Positions 8,993 through 18,920 of a stretch of DNA of 64,000 nt are shown one piece after another. A model generated the notes under the pieces. That model searched no databases, was not told the origin of the DNA, and saw only the letters and a program-made list of their open reading frames with translations. This DNA is from Candidatus Algichlamydia australiensis (lineage in GTDB: Bacteria > Chlamydiota > Chlamydiia > Chlamydiales > JAJFMI01). The position numbers and the translations under genes are program-made. Each line of letters begins with the position of its first letter. The first letter of the stretch is position 1. The stretch covers positions 224,001 through 288,000 of the forward strand of contig JAXCHI010000004.1 in assembly GCA_033977065.1 (NCBI GenBank), given 5' to 3'.

Positions 8993-11074
8993 CTATTTCA
9001 AAAGCGCTTTGCGTGAAAGGCGAATCTGACCACGCTTATTGATCTCCATCACTTTTACTGTCACTTCATCTCCAATATTAAAGAGACCTTCAACAGTTTT
9101 TAAGCGCTCTTGTGAAATCTCAGAAATATGGAGCAGTCCTTCACTACTAAAGATTTTAACAAAGACTCCAAAATCTTTAATTCCTGTCACTTTTCCTGTG
9201 TAGGTTTTACCCTCTTCAACTTCTGAGACAAGATCAAGAATGACTTGTTTAGCTTTCTCAATACTCTCTTTAGAGTTTGAAGTAATGCTAACAAGACCGG
9301 CATCATCAATGTCGACGCTTACGCCAAACTCTTGAATCGCACGGATCTGTTTTCCTCCAGGACCGATCACCGTACCGATCTTACTTGGATGGACGGGAAT
9401 CATTTCGATCTTCGGAGCGTGAACAGAGAGTTCATCTTGCGTCTTAGGACAAGCTTCGAGCATCTTATTTAAGATGTGAATGCGCCCTTCTTTGGCTTGT
9501 GCTAGGGCAACACCCATGATTTTTGGAGTGATCCCTTCAACTTTAATATCAAGTTGGAAGGCAGTAATTCCCTTCTCATCTCCAGTGATCTTAAAGTCCA
9601 TGTCGCCCAATGCATCCTCGATCCCGAGAATATCAGAGAGAATGGAGTAGCTCTCACCTTCAAGAATGAGGCCCATTGCGATTCCTGCAACAGGGCGTCT
9701 GATTGGTACACCCGCTTGCATCATTGCTAAGCAGCCACCGCATACAGAAGCCATTGATGATGAGCCGTTTGACTCTGTGATATTTGACTCTAAGCGAATC
9801 GTGTAAGGAAAATCTTCTTTCGATGGGATTGTTGCAGCCAAAGCGCGTTCAGCAAGCTTTCCGTGTCCCACTTCGCGTCTTGCAGGAGGTCCCATTCGTC
9901 CCACCTCTCCAACCGAATAAGGAGGGAAGAAATACTGGAGATAAAAACGGCGCAAGCCGTCAGCTTCATTCAAACTTTCAAAGCGCTGTCCCATACTTTC
10001 AGAGCCGAGCGTGCAGACAGCTATTGCTTGCGTTTCCCCGCGTGTGAAGAGAGTAGAGCCATGAGTGCGCGGAAGCAGGTCCATATCGATATGAATTGGA
10101 CGAATCTCATTGAGACGTCTACCATCACATCGCTTGCTCTCTTTTAAAATCATCTGGCGCATGTAGTGAGAAGTCACTTTTTTCTGTGCTTTTTTTACAT
10201 CAATTTCGCCAAACTCTTTTTCGCCCTCTTCAGGGAAGAAGTGTTCTGTTACTTTTGTACCGATCGCATCAAGGGCTGAGCCACGCTCATCCTTATCTGC
10301 AATGCGGACAGCTTTTAAGAGATCCTCTTTAACAAGTCCTTCAACTTTTTCAAAGAGACCTTCGGGTAGAGGAGCAATTGTAGAGCGGTTTTTCTCCTTG
10401 CCTACAATTTTTTGCCAATCAGAGAGAGCTTCGCAGATTGTTTTGATCGCTTTGCTTCCCTCTTCAATTGCCTCAAGAATTTGTTCCTCTGTGAAGAAAT
10501 TCGCATACCCCTCAATCATCAGAACAGCATCTTCTGTACCAGCAATCATCAAATCAAGCTGGGTATTCTCCATCTCTTGCACTGTTGGGTTGATGACAAG
10601 CTCTCCGTTGATATGCCCAACGCGAACAGCGGCAACAGGTTTAATTAGGGGAACTTCTGAAATGACAAGAGCAGCAGAAGCGGCACAGATGGCAAGAGGC
10701 TCAGGTCCATTCACTCCGTCATAGGAGAGAACTTTTGAAATGATCTGCAACTCGTTTGTGTAGCCATCTTCAAACATGGGGCGAAGTGGACGGTCGATCA
10801 AGCGCGCAACAAGGATTTCACGCTCTGTAGGGCGCCCTTCACGTTTAATAAATCCGCCAAGAGTTTTACCAGCTGAAGAGAATTTTTCTACATAGTCGAC
10901 GCGCATGGGAAGAAAGTCTCCCCCCATACCCTCTTTTGCAGCGCAAGCTGTCCCCAAAACCATGGTTTCTCCCATAGTGAGAAGAACAGCACCTCCAGCT
11001 TGACGTGCAATGCGCCCGGTTTCGAATGTAAGTTCTTTGCCTGCAACACTAATTGATTTTTTTTTAGGTTCCAT
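8993..11074 (-). CDS. pnp: Polyribonucleotide nucleotidyltransferase
   Basis: RRExGHG, ESNGSSSMAS, DxxGDMDFK motifs; KH and S1 domains; start placed by AAGGA RBS. Confidence 0.97.
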   Translation of the reverse strand: MEPKKKSISVAGKELTFETGRIARQAGGAVLLTMGETMVLGTACAAKEGMGGDFLPMRVDYVEKFSSAGKTLGGFIKREGRPTEREILVARLIDRPLRPMFEDGYTNELQIISKVLSYDGVNGPEPLAICAASAALVISEVPLIKPVAAVRVGHINGELVINPTVQEMENTQLDLMIAGTEDAVLMIEGYANFFTEEQILEAIEEGSKAIKTICEALSDWQKIVGKEKNRSTIAPLPEGLFEKVEGLVKEDLLKAVRIADKDERGSALDAIGTKVTEHFFPEEGEKEFGEIDVKKAQKKVTSHYMRQMILKESKRCDGRRLNEIRPIHIDMDLLPRTHGSTLFTRGETQAIAVCTLGSESMGQRFESLNEADGLRRFYLQYFFPPYSVGEVGRMGPPARREVGHGKLAERALAATIPSKEDFPYTIRLESNITESNGSSSMASVCGGCLAMMQAGVPIRRPVAGIAMGLILEGESYSILSDILGIEDALGDMDFKITGDEKGITAFQLDIKVEGITPKIMGVALAQAKEGRIHILNKMLEACPKTQDELSVHAPKIEMIPVHPSKIGTVIGPGGKQIRAIQEFGVSVDIDDAGLVSITSNSKESIEKAKQVILDLVSEVEEGKTYTGKVTGIKDFGVFVKIFSSEGLLHISEISQERLKTVEGLFNIGDEVTVKVMEINKRGQIRLSRKALLK

Positions 11075-11095
11075 TATTTTCCTTATCATATTTAA

Positions 11096-11164
11096 GTGGA
11101 GGCAAAAATTTCTTTTTAGGGGAGAAAAGATTTTTCTGCCCTAAAAAGAATTTTTGAACTCCAC
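11096..11164 (-). promoter_or_regulatory. Long stem-loop in pnp leader (RNase III site-like)
   Basis: GTGGAG..AAAAATTTCTTTTTAGGG pairs with CCCTAAAAAGAATTTTTGAACTCCAC. Confidence 0.65.
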
Positions 11165-11169
11165 AGGTT

Positions 11170-11204
11170 AAAAAAAAGAAGCGCTAGGAATGCTAGCGCT
11201 TCTT
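11170..11204 (-). terminator. rpsO terminator
   Basis: GAAGCGCTAG/CTAGCGCTTC stem; A run on + strand is the U tail on -. Confidence 0.88.
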
Positions 11205-11231
11205 CAAAACTGTTTCGTTCAAAACTTTCAT

Positions 11232-11501
11232 TTACTTACGCAATTTCAAGCGCTTAATAAGTGTCTGGTAGCGCTTGGTATCTGTAGAGTTCAGATAGTC
11301 AAGAAGCTTACGACGCTGTCCTACAAGCTTAAGTAGAGCTAAACGAGAAGCGTGGTCTTTTGGAGTGCGCTTCAAATGCTCTTGTAGCTCAGTAATGCGC
11401 TCTGTTAAAATTGCAATCTGAACGTCTGCAGATCCTGTATCTTTCTCATGAAGTTGATACTTTTTCGTGATTTCTTCTTTTGTGCCTTTATCGAGGGACA
11501 T
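11232..11501 (-). CDS. rpsO: 30S ribosomal protein S15
   Basis: [15 protein letters not shown]...KDHASR. Confidence 0.97.
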   Translation of the reverse strand: MSLDKGTKEEITKKYQLHEKDTGSADVQIAILTERITELQEHLKRTPKDHASRLALLKLVGQRRKLLDYLNSTDTKRYQTLIKRLKLRK

Positions 11502-11582
11502 GCTTTTACGCTCCAATTTTTAAACGTTAAATCCATTTTACCGAACTAAGGGAAAAAGGGCAAGCGTGTTATACTCTTGAGC

Positions 11583-12059
11583 ATGGATGACAAAAAATTT
11601 ATGGAAATGGCTCTTAAGCAGGCAAAAATTGCCTTTACAAAAGGGGAGGTGCCAGTTGGAGCTATTGTGGTCCATCAAGGTAAAGTAATTTCTAGAGCCC
11701 ATAATGGAACAGAGGAGCATCAAGATGCAACACTTCACGCTGAGCTCATGGCCATTCGTCGCGCCTCAGCCTATCTTAAACAGTGGCGTCTTACAGGTGC
11801 AACACTCTATACAACCTTAGAACCTTGTGTGATGTGTGCTGGCGCGCTGCTTCTTTCTCGCGTTGATCGTCTCGTTTACGGCGCAAAAGATTTTCGTCAT
11901 GGGGGAGATGGAAGCCTCATTTCTTTGATGCGTGAAAATCATCCGATTCATACGATAGAAATTGCGTCTGGTGTATGTAAGGAGGAGTCTGCGCAGTTGC
12001 TACGCACATTTTTTAAGGAGCGAAGAGATGAAAAAAGAGATGGTGGAACTTCTCGATGA
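11583..12059 (+). CDS. tadA: tRNA adenosine deaminase
   Basis: EVPVGA, HAE, PCVMC. Confidence 0.93.
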   Translation: MDDKKFMEMALKQAKIAFTKGEVPVGAIVVHQGKVISRAHNGTEEHQDATLHAELMAIRRASAYLKQWRLTGATLYTTLEPCVMCAGALLLSRVDRLVYGAKDFRHGGDGSLISLMRENHPIHTIEIASGVCKEESAQLLRTFFKERRDEKRDGGTSR

Positions 12060-12252
12060 AATGGTGATCTTTCAAGAGAAGAAATTGATGAAAATTGGGT
12101 CGCAAATTATTCCGCATCTGACAACTGACGATATGCTGCAACCCAATGACTTTCCCGAACTTGAAAATCATCCTGAATTTCGCTTTGAGGAGGGTGTGTT
12201 AAAAGGAATCCACACGGCGCGATCGGCCCTTTTGGCGCGAGATCTTTCGTAA
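12028..12252 (+). CDS. Conserved chlamydial hypothetical protein
   Basis: AAGGAG RBS; LQPNDFPELENHPEFRFEEG motif; position after tadA. Confidence 0.75.
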   Translation: MKKEMVELLDEMVIFQEKKLMKIGSQIIPHLTTDDMLQPNDFPELENHPEFRFEEGVLKGIHTARSALLARDLS

Positions 12253-13101
12253 TCTGTAACGCTCCCAGAAGGTAAGCGATTTTTTTCCATGAAGCGCGAT
12301 TTTTTCTAAGCATGCGTCCATGAAAGCCTCATCTTCTAAAACAACTTTTCCTGTTTTAAAATCATAAATCTTACTTCTCTCTGCAAAAGAGTCAGCTGTT
12401 GGCGTGCTTTGCGTTTTTGATTTAACGCGCAGAAGAGCGCTCTCAAATTTATGAAGAGCAAAATAGGGGCTATGCATGCGAAATGTGATCACATTATAGA
12501 GATAGCCAAAAAGCACCGCTGCAGCACTTGAAGCGAAAAAGACATAGTCACCTTCACTAAAAGCGTGGATCCCTTGAAAGGCGAGAAAGCCTGGAATGAG
12601 CCATTTGGTCTTCACAGGAATCATTAAAAAAAGAAGAACTTGTGCGTCGGGAAAGAGGAAAAGCCAGGTGATCAGGAGAGCGGAAATCACACTTGAGGCG
12701 CCAGCTACAATCGTCATTGTGGGGAAGAAGTAGAGGACCGCCATAGCAGTCAAGCCGGAAAAGAGAGCGCTACCAAAAAAAAGAGTATAGAAGTGGCGCA
12801 TGCCCCGCATCTCAATCACCATTTTACCGGTGAAGAGAAGCATATAGCAGGCAAAAAATATGTTGATAAGGAAGCCTAGAGAGATGGCCCCACCGGAGGG
12901 GTAGTAGAATACGTGGGTGATTGCTTGCCAGAGAAGGAGGTTTTTGGCGCCGAGAGGGGAGATGGCAAGAAGGACAGCAGCTGTCTTCGCTATAGGAAAA
13001 GCAGCGAACAGTGCTAGACCCAGAGAGGTTCCAGCTATCAAGTAAATAATAAACTTTAATGGACGTGGAGTCCCGGCAAGGAAAGATCGTGCAAAACTCA
13101 T
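12199..13101 (-). CDS. Rhomboid-family membrane protein with small C-terminal helical domain
   Basis: LWQAIT, GAS motif, multiple TMs, tail DACLEKIALHGKKSLTFWER. Confidence 0.75.
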   Translation of the reverse strand: MSFARSFLAGTPRPLKFIIYLIAGTSLGLALFAAFPIAKTAAVLLAISPLGAKNLLLWQAITHVFYYPSGGAISLGFLINIFFACYMLLFTGKMVIEMRGMRHFYTLFFGSALFSGLTAMAVLYFFPTMTIVAGASSVISALLITWLFLFPDAQVLLFLMIPVKTKWLIPGFLAFQGIHAFSEGDYVFFASSAAAVLFGYLYNVITFRMHSPYFALHKFESALLRVKSKTQSTPTADSFAERSKIYDFKTGKVVLEDEAFMDACLEKIALHGKKSLTFWERYRLRKISRQKGRSRRVDSF

Positions 13102-13245
13102 ATGAGACTATTTTACCATATAACGTTATTTAGTAAAAACGGCATTACAATAATAGGCATATATTTTTTGAAATTCACTTCAAGGTTTGGTAAAATTTCA
13201 AAAACATGATAGAATTCATGTTGAAATCAAAAAGTTGTAGAAAAA

Positions 13246-13908
13246 TTGAGAATTACCGATTTTAATTTTAATGGAAAAAGGTATCAAGCTCAAGATTGGC
13301 CGAATCGCTATACACTGATTAATTTGACGGCAATCGGTAGCGTCTTGCTCGCCTGTGGCCAAGATAGAAATATTTTCTGTGGGAACTCCTTTTATACCCA
13401 TATAATTGCTCAAACCACTTCATTTCTCGCATTATGCTGTTTCGCAAGGCACTATTCTGTTTTGATGCGTAACCGGAATCATAATAATTATATTTCTGAT
13501 TTTTATAGTTTGTTAATTGGTGGTTTAACAGTGCACTATTACAAAAGCTTGAATTGGTTTGGGATCTCTCTCTTGATTCTATGCTTAGAGGCTGTAGAGG
13601 TTGCGAATTTTTATCATTCCTTCACCTCAAGAAGGTTGTTTAACGAAGACGTAGAGCTAGAGCTTAACCAAGTGGGCGATTTGAGAGAGATAAGAAGAGC
13701 TAGAGAGTTCTTAAAGGTTTTGCCAGAAGCAACTTCTGAAGAAATTAAAACTGCTGCAATGAAGGCTCGTAAAGGTTTAGAAAGTGTAGAAGAAAAAATT
13801 CGTCATCCAGGTAAAGAAAAACCTCAGTATTTTGACGATCTAGCCAATGTAATGGTTGGAAATATTCTTTTAGCAGAGAAAACCTGTCTAAGATTCTGCA
13901 AACATTAA
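13246..13908 (+). CDS. Hypothetical membrane protein with possible degenerate J-domain
   Basis: AT-rich 220-aa ORF; 3-4 hydrophobic segments; C-terminal LKVLPEATSEEIK...HPGK; start uncertain. Confidence 0.55.
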   Translation: MRITDFNFNGKRYQAQDWPNRYTLINLTAIGSVLLACGQDRNIFCGNSFYTHIIAQTTSFLALCCFARHYSVLMRNRNHNNYISDFYSLLIGGLTVHYYKSLNWFGISLLILCLEAVEVANFYHSFTSRRLFNEDVELELNQVGDLREIRRAREFLKVLPEATSEEIKTAAMKARKGLESVEEKIRHPGKEKPQYFDDLANVMVGNILLAEKTCLRFCKH

Positions 13909-14043
13909 AGACCAAAAAAGCAATTTTTTTGAACTACATTAAAATTTAAATTTTATTTTTGCTGTTTCTTTACGATTGTGGCATAGGTTACTGCTTGTCA
14001 TTAATCAATTTTAGGGTTAAAATGGAGCATTACGTATGGAGTT

Positions 14044-14454
14044 ATGATGAAGAAAAATAAGCACCCCAAGTATCAAGAAATTCTTTTTGTCGACACAGCT
14101 ACAGGAACCAAATTTGTATGCGGTTCAACTCTGCAACCCAAAGAGACAGAAAAGTTTGAAGGAAAAGAGTATCCGGTCTACCGCGCTCCGATTACTTCAG
14201 CTTCCCACCCCTTCTTTACTGGCGAGACAAAGTTTGTCGATACCGAAGGACGTCTTGAGAAATTCAAGAAACGTTATGCGCGTGCACCGCAGAAAGTAGA
14301 AGAGAAGAAAGAAGAGGCTGAGACTCCTAAGAAGAAGTTGAAAAAGCCAGCGGCAACAAAAAAAATAGCGGCAGAAAAAGAAACCTGCGGCGAAAAAGCC
14401 AGCGGCGAAAAAACCTGCAGCAAAAAAGCCAGCAACAAAGAAGAAGACGACTGA
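14044..14454 (+). CDS. rpmE2: 50S ribosomal protein L31 type B; tail apparently frameshifted (alternative end 14461)
   Basis: [23 protein letters not shown]. Confidence 0.93.
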   Translation: MMKKNKHPKYQEILFVDTATGTKFVCGSTLQPKETEKFEGKEYPVYRAPITSASHPFFTGETKFVDTEGRLEKFKKRYARAPQKVEEKKEEAETPKKKLKKPAATKKIAAEKETCGEKASGEKTCSKKASNKEEDD

Positions 14455-14457
14455 AGA

Positions 14458-15531
14458 GTGAAAGATCGAATCAGCAAACTTCTTACCCGTTTAGACGAGG
14501 TAGAGAAGTTGCTTGGTGATCCTGCGCTCCCTTCAGATAAAAAACGGTATCGCGAAGTAACACAAGAGCACAGTTACTTGAGTGAAATTCGTGAAGCGTA
14601 TCACGTTTTTGAAGAAGAAGAGCGTGCAATTGTTGAGAACGAACGATTGCTGAAAGAGGAGAGCGACCAAGAAATTTTGGAGATGGTGCGCGAAGAACTA
14701 GCGCAACTCAAAGAGAATGCCGTCATCTCAAAAGCGAAGGTAGAAGCACTTCTTGTTCCCCCCGATCCACGTGATAACTTGAATGTTGTCATGGAGCTGC
14801 GCGCTGGAACAGGTGGTGACGAAGCTGCGATTTTTGTAGGTGACTGTGTGCGTATGTACCGTCTCTATGCTGATCAGGTTGGTCTAAAATATGAACTTCT
14901 TTCGGGTACACCTTCCGACGCGGGAGGGTTCAAAGAAATTATCCTGATTTTTTCAGGAAAAAATGCGTTCCGGTTCCTCAAATATGAGGGTGGCACACAC
15001 CGCGTTCAACGCGTACCGGAGACAGAGACACAAGGGCGAGTTCACACTTCTGCAATTACCGTTGCAATTTTGACCGAGCCACTTGAAGAAGATGAAATTG
15101 AGATCAAACCTGATGACCTCAAGATCGATACTTATCGAGCCTCTGGTGCGGGCGGCCAACACGTCAACACCACAGACTCTGCTGTGCGCATCACTCATTT
15201 GCCCACAAATACGGTGGTCACGTGTCAAGAGGAGCGCTCTCAGCATAAAAATCGCGATAAGGCGATGCGTCTTCTTAAAGCAAAAATTTCTGAGACAAAG
15301 CGTCTCGAAGAAGAGAAAAAGCGCGCGGAAGAGCGCTCTGAGCAAGTGGGAACAGGAGACCGCTCAGAAAAAATCCGCACCTACAACTACCCGCAAAATC
15401 GGGTAACGGACCATCGCATTGGCTTAACGCTTTATAAGCTTGACCAGGTGATGCAGGGAGATTTAGAGGAACTTGTTCAAGGAATGCTAAAAGCAGACTA
15501 CGAGAAGAAAATGCAGGGAGATACTGGATAA
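14458..15531 (+). CDS. prfA: Peptide chain release factor 1
   Basis: PET anticodon-like motif, GGQ, RTYNYPQ. Confidence 0.97.
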   Translation: MKDRISKLLTRLDEVEKLLGDPALPSDKKRYREVTQEHSYLSEIREAYHVFEEEERAIVENERLLKEESDQEILEMVREELAQLKENAVISKAKVEALLVPPDPRDNLNVVMELRAGTGGDEAAIFVGDCVRMYRLYADQVGLKYELLSGTPSDAGGFKEIILIFSGKNAFRFLKYEGGTHRVQRVPETETQGRVHTSAITVAILTEPLEEDEIEIKPDDLKIDTYRASGAGGQHVNTTDSAVRITHLPTNTVVTCQEERSQHKNRDKAMRLLKAKISETKRLEEEKKRAEERSEQVGTGDRSEKIRTYNYPQNRVTDHRIGLTLYKLDQVMQGDLEELVQGMLKADYEKKMQGDTG

Positions 15532-15677
15532 CTGCTGTGCCGGTAGGTCGAGCCGAAAATTATAAAAAAAGTTATTTGGAGACCGTAAATAACTGCGTAC
15601 AGTTATTGGAGGTTGAAAATAATTTTTTCTAGAATTTCTCGGCCGAGATAGCGGTGCATGAGTTATTCAGTGTTTCC
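15517..15677 (+). mobile_element. Palindromic MITE family A, full-length 161 bp
   Basis: Imperfect TIR GGAGATACTGGATAAC / GTTATTCAGTGTTTCC; similar copies elsewhere; contains the prfA stop codon. Confidence 0.85.
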
Positions 15678-15693
15678 TAAAGGGATAAGGGCC

Positions 15694-16551
15694 ATGAGAA
15701 CACTCGAGCAGCTACTCCGTTATTCGCGAAAACGTCTGGAGGAAAAGCGCATCGAGCGTTCACGTCAAGTGGCAGAAGAGATCATCGCTGAAGCTCTTCG
15801 CTTGCCTCGCCTCGCTCTCTATCTCAATTTTGATCGACCCATTGACACAGGAGAAATGCGCCTCTGTCTGCGTCTTTTAGAGCGCAAAGTGCGCGGTGAA
15901 CCCCTAGGCTATCTCTACCGTTACATAGACTTTTTTCACTGTCGCTTAGAAATCAACTCATCCGCTCTCATACCACGCCAGGAGACAGAAATCCTTCTGC
16001 AAAACATCTGCAATATTTTAGATTCTTACGACCTTGAAGGAAAAGAGGCGTGGGATCTCTGCTGCGGAAGTGGTTGCCTTGGTTTAGGTCTTAAAAAACG
16101 CTTTCCTCATCTCAATCTTACACTCTCCGATATTTCCAAAGAGTGCGTGGAACTCGCGCAAAAAAATGCGCAAAAAAACCGTTTACAAGTTCAGCTCTTG
16201 CAGGGGGATCTTCTTGCTCCCTTTGCAGGGAAAAAAGCGCATTTTATTATCGCAAATCCGCCTTACATTTCAGAAGAAGAGTTTGCCTCTTTGCAACCCT
16301 CTGTGCGTAACTTTGAACCACATGCTGCGCTTGTTTCAGGACCAACAGGACTTGAATTTTATCAAAGACTTGAGAAAGAGCTACCAAAATATCTTCACGA
16401 TGGAGCGACAATCTTTTTTGAAATTGGCGCAACTCAGGGAGATGCTCTTCTCAAGCTCTTTTCAAAACCGCACTATAAAAAGACAAAAATTGAAAAAGAT
16501 TGGGCTGGACACGATCGCTTTTTCTTCGCAAAATACGAGGTAGCATGCTAG
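15694..16551 (+). CDS. prmC: Release factor glutamine methyltransferase
   Basis: LIPRQETE, DLCCGSG, NPPY. Confidence 0.95.
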   Translation: MRTLEQLLRYSRKRLEEKRIERSRQVAEEIIAEALRLPRLALYLNFDRPIDTGEMRLCLRLLERKVRGEPLGYLYRYIDFFHCRLEINSSALIPRQETEILLQNICNILDSYDLEGKEAWDLCCGSGCLGLGLKKRFPHLNLTLSDISKECVELAQKNAQKNRLQVQLLQGDLLAPFAGKKAHFIIANPPYISEEEFASLQPSVRNFEPHAALVSGPTGLEFYQRLEKELPKYLHDGATIFFEIGATQGDALLKLFSKPHYKKTKIEKDWAGHDRFFFAKYEVAC

Positions 16552-17873
16552 GCATTATCACAGAAAAATTTCAAAACCTGGCGGCAAAACTCTCCCGCGA
16601 AAAAAAGCTTACAGAGGAGAACTTGCGAGATGCAGTTCGTGAAGTGCGTCTTGCCCTTTTAGAGGCGGATGTAAACTTTGGCGTTGTCTCTTCTTTTATC
16701 AAACGCGTCAAAGAGAAGGCGATAGGAGAAAGTTCGATTAAAAATGTGACATCTGGCGATCAATTCATTAAAATCGTCCACGATGAACTTATCGCTCTAA
16801 TGGGAGGAGAAGAGCCAAAACTTCATCTCAAAGGGGATCCCACTGTTATCCTTCTTTGCGGATTACAAGGCTCAGGAAAAACAACCACATGTGCCAAATT
16901 AGCCAAGTACCTCGCCAAAAAACCATTTGAGAAAAATCCCCTCATCGCTGCATGTGATCTGCAGCGTGCGGCTGCCATAACACAACTCAAAACCATGGGC
17001 GAGAGTGCAAATGTTCCTGTCTTTGCTTTAGAGGATGAGAAGAGCCCTGTAAAAGTCGCAAAAAAAGCGTACAAGTACGCGAAAGAAAAGGGCCATGATC
17101 TCCTTATTTTAGATACGGCAGGACGCCTACATGTTGATGAAGAGCTGATGAAAGAGCTTACCTCCATCAAAAAAGAGCTTAACCCACAAGAGACTCTCTT
17201 TGTTGCCTCTGCTAGCATGGGGCAAGATGCTGTGAAAACAGCCGCTGCTTTTGACGAGGCTGTCGGCCTTACGGGATCTATCCTGACCATGTTGGATGGA
17301 AACGCTCGTGCCGGAGCTGCCATCTCCATACTTGAGGTAACGGGAAAACCTCTAAAATTTGAGGGAGTTGGAGAAAAAATATCAGAGTTTCAACTTTTTA
17401 ATCCCATATCAATGGCGGATCGCATTTTAGGAAAAGGCGATGTTATCAACCTTGTAAAGAAGGCTGAAGAGCACTTTGATGCAAAAGAGAGTGAGAAACT
17501 TGAAAAAAAGATTCGTAAGGCTGAATTCACTTTTGGCGACTTTTTAAAACAGATGAAAGCGATCAAACGGATGGGTTCAATAAAAGGTTTGATGAAGATG
17601 CTTCCGGGGTTTTCTGGATTTGGTGATTTCGATGTTTCAGAAAAAGAGTTTACGCAAATCGAAGCAATTATCCTCTCCATGACTCCTGATGAGCGAGAAG
17701 ATCATGTAGAACTCCTTCCTTCAAGGCGTAGACGCATTGCTAAGGGGAGTGGAACGAGCCTTGATCGCGTCAATCGTATCATCAAACAGTTCCGACAAAT
17801 GAAGAAATTTCTTAAAAAAATGCCCAAATCTGAAAAGAAATTAGGGAAAATTGCAGGAAAACTTGCACGTTAA
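16545..17873 (+). CDS. ffh: Signal recognition particle protein
   Basis: GLQGSGKTT, DTAGR, M domain RRRRIAKGSG. Confidence 0.97.
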   Translation: MLGIITEKFQNLAAKLSREKKLTEENLRDAVREVRLALLEADVNFGVVSSFIKRVKEKAIGESSIKNVTSGDQFIKIVHDELIALMGGEEPKLHLKGDPTVILLCGLQGSGKTTTCAKLAKYLAKKPFEKNPLIAACDLQRAAAITQLKTMGESANVPVFALEDEKSPVKVAKKAYKYAKEKGHDLLILDTAGRLHVDEELMKELTSIKKELNPQETLFVASASMGQDAVKTAAAFDEAVGLTGSILTMLDGNARAGAAISILEVTGKPLKFEGVGEKISEFQLFNPISMADRILGKGDVINLVKKAEEHFDAKESEKLEKKIRKAEFTFGDFLKQMKAIKRMGSIKGLMKMLPGFSGFGDFDVSEKEFTQIEAIILSMTPDEREDHVELLPSRRRRIAKGSGTSLDRVNRIIKQFRQMKKFLKKMPKSEKKLGKIAGKLAR

Positions 17874-17922
17874 CCAAATATTCCGTTAAAATAACCCCAA
17901 TAACCTTGGAATTCAGTAGACT

Positions 17923-18240
17923 ATGGCATTAAAAATTCGATTACGACAGCAGGGACGCCGCAACTCGCGCGAATACCGCATCGTATTAGCAGACACACTT
18001 AGCCCACGTGATGGCAAATGTGTAGAGACACTCGGCTGGTACCATCCTCGTAAAGAGAATGAGGCGAACGCAGAAGTGAAAGAAGATCGCGTGGCTTATT
18101 GGCTAGAAAGAGGCGCAGAACCAACAGAAAAAGTGGTGCACCTCATCGGTCGACTCGCTCCTGAAGCAGCAAAAGCTTGGAGAGAGAGGCAGGCTGCCGC
18201 TCGTGCAAAAAAAGCTGCGAGCCGACGCAAGAAGAAGTAG
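17923..18240 (+). CDS. rpsP: 30S ribosomal protein S16
   Basis: MALKIRL..YRIV..PRDG. Confidence 0.96.
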   Translation: MALKIRLRQQGRRNSREYRIVLADTLSPRDGKCVETLGWYHPRKENEANAEVKEDRVAYWLERGAEPTEKVVHLIGRLAPEAAKAWRERQAAARAKKAASRRKKK

Positions 18241-18242
18241 AG

Positions 18243-18920
18243 ATGGAGCTAACCATTCTCTCTCTTTTTCCTGAATATTTTCAGGGACCTCTTCAAGTTA
18301 GCATGTTGAAGAGAGCAGTAGAGAAAGGATTGCTCCAAATAAATCTTGTTAACATCCGCGATTTTGCGGAGGGGCAGCACGCCCAAGTTGATGAGAGGCC
18401 TTTTGGAGGCGGACCGGGAATGCTGATGATGGCCGGGCCTATTGTCAAAGCGATCCGCAGCCAAAGAAAAAAAGCAAGCCGAGTGATCTACCTCACTCCG
18501 CAAGGCAAACTTCTCACTGCACAAAAGTGCAAAGAGCTAGCCAAAGAAGAGCACCTGATTCTCCTCTGTGGACACTACGAAGGAGTCGATCAGCGCGCCC
18601 TCGACTTAGAAGTTGATGAAGAAATTTCTATCGGCGACTATGTGCTGACTAGCGGTATGCCCGCAGCGCTTGTTGTCCTAGATGCTATCGGCAGACGAGT
18701 CCCCGGAGTTGTGGGGCATCCTGAAGGCGTCCTACAAGACAGCTTTGAGGATGACAATGTATTTGAAGGGCCGCAGTACACCCGCCCAAGAGTTTTTGAG
18801 GGGAAAGAAGCCCCTCCAGTGCTCCTTGAAGGCCACCACAAAAAAATTAAAAAGTGGCGCAAGGAAAAAGGATTAACCAAAGCGAAGAAAATTCGCCCAG
18901 ATTTGGCAGAAAAATTATGA
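18243..18920 (+). CDS. trmD: tRNA (guanine-N1)-methyltransferase
   Basis: PFGGGPGM, CGHYEGVD, SIGDYVL. Confidence 0.96.
   Translation: MELTILSLFPEYFQGPLQVSMLKRAVEKGLLQINLVNIRDFAEGQHAQVDERPFGGGPGMLMMAGPIVKAIRSQRKKASRVIYLTPQGKLLTAQKCKELAKEEHLILLCGHYEGVDQRALDLEVDEEISIGDYVLTSGMPAALVVLDAIGRRVPGVVGHPEGVLQDSFEDDNVFEGPQYTRPRVFEGKEAPPVLLEGHHKKIKKWRKEKGLTKAKKIRPDLAEKL

Noticed and set aside
14358..14365. A8 run as the L31 frameshift site
   Set aside because: Losing one A here gives an immediate TAG; the productive shift must be near 14374-14380
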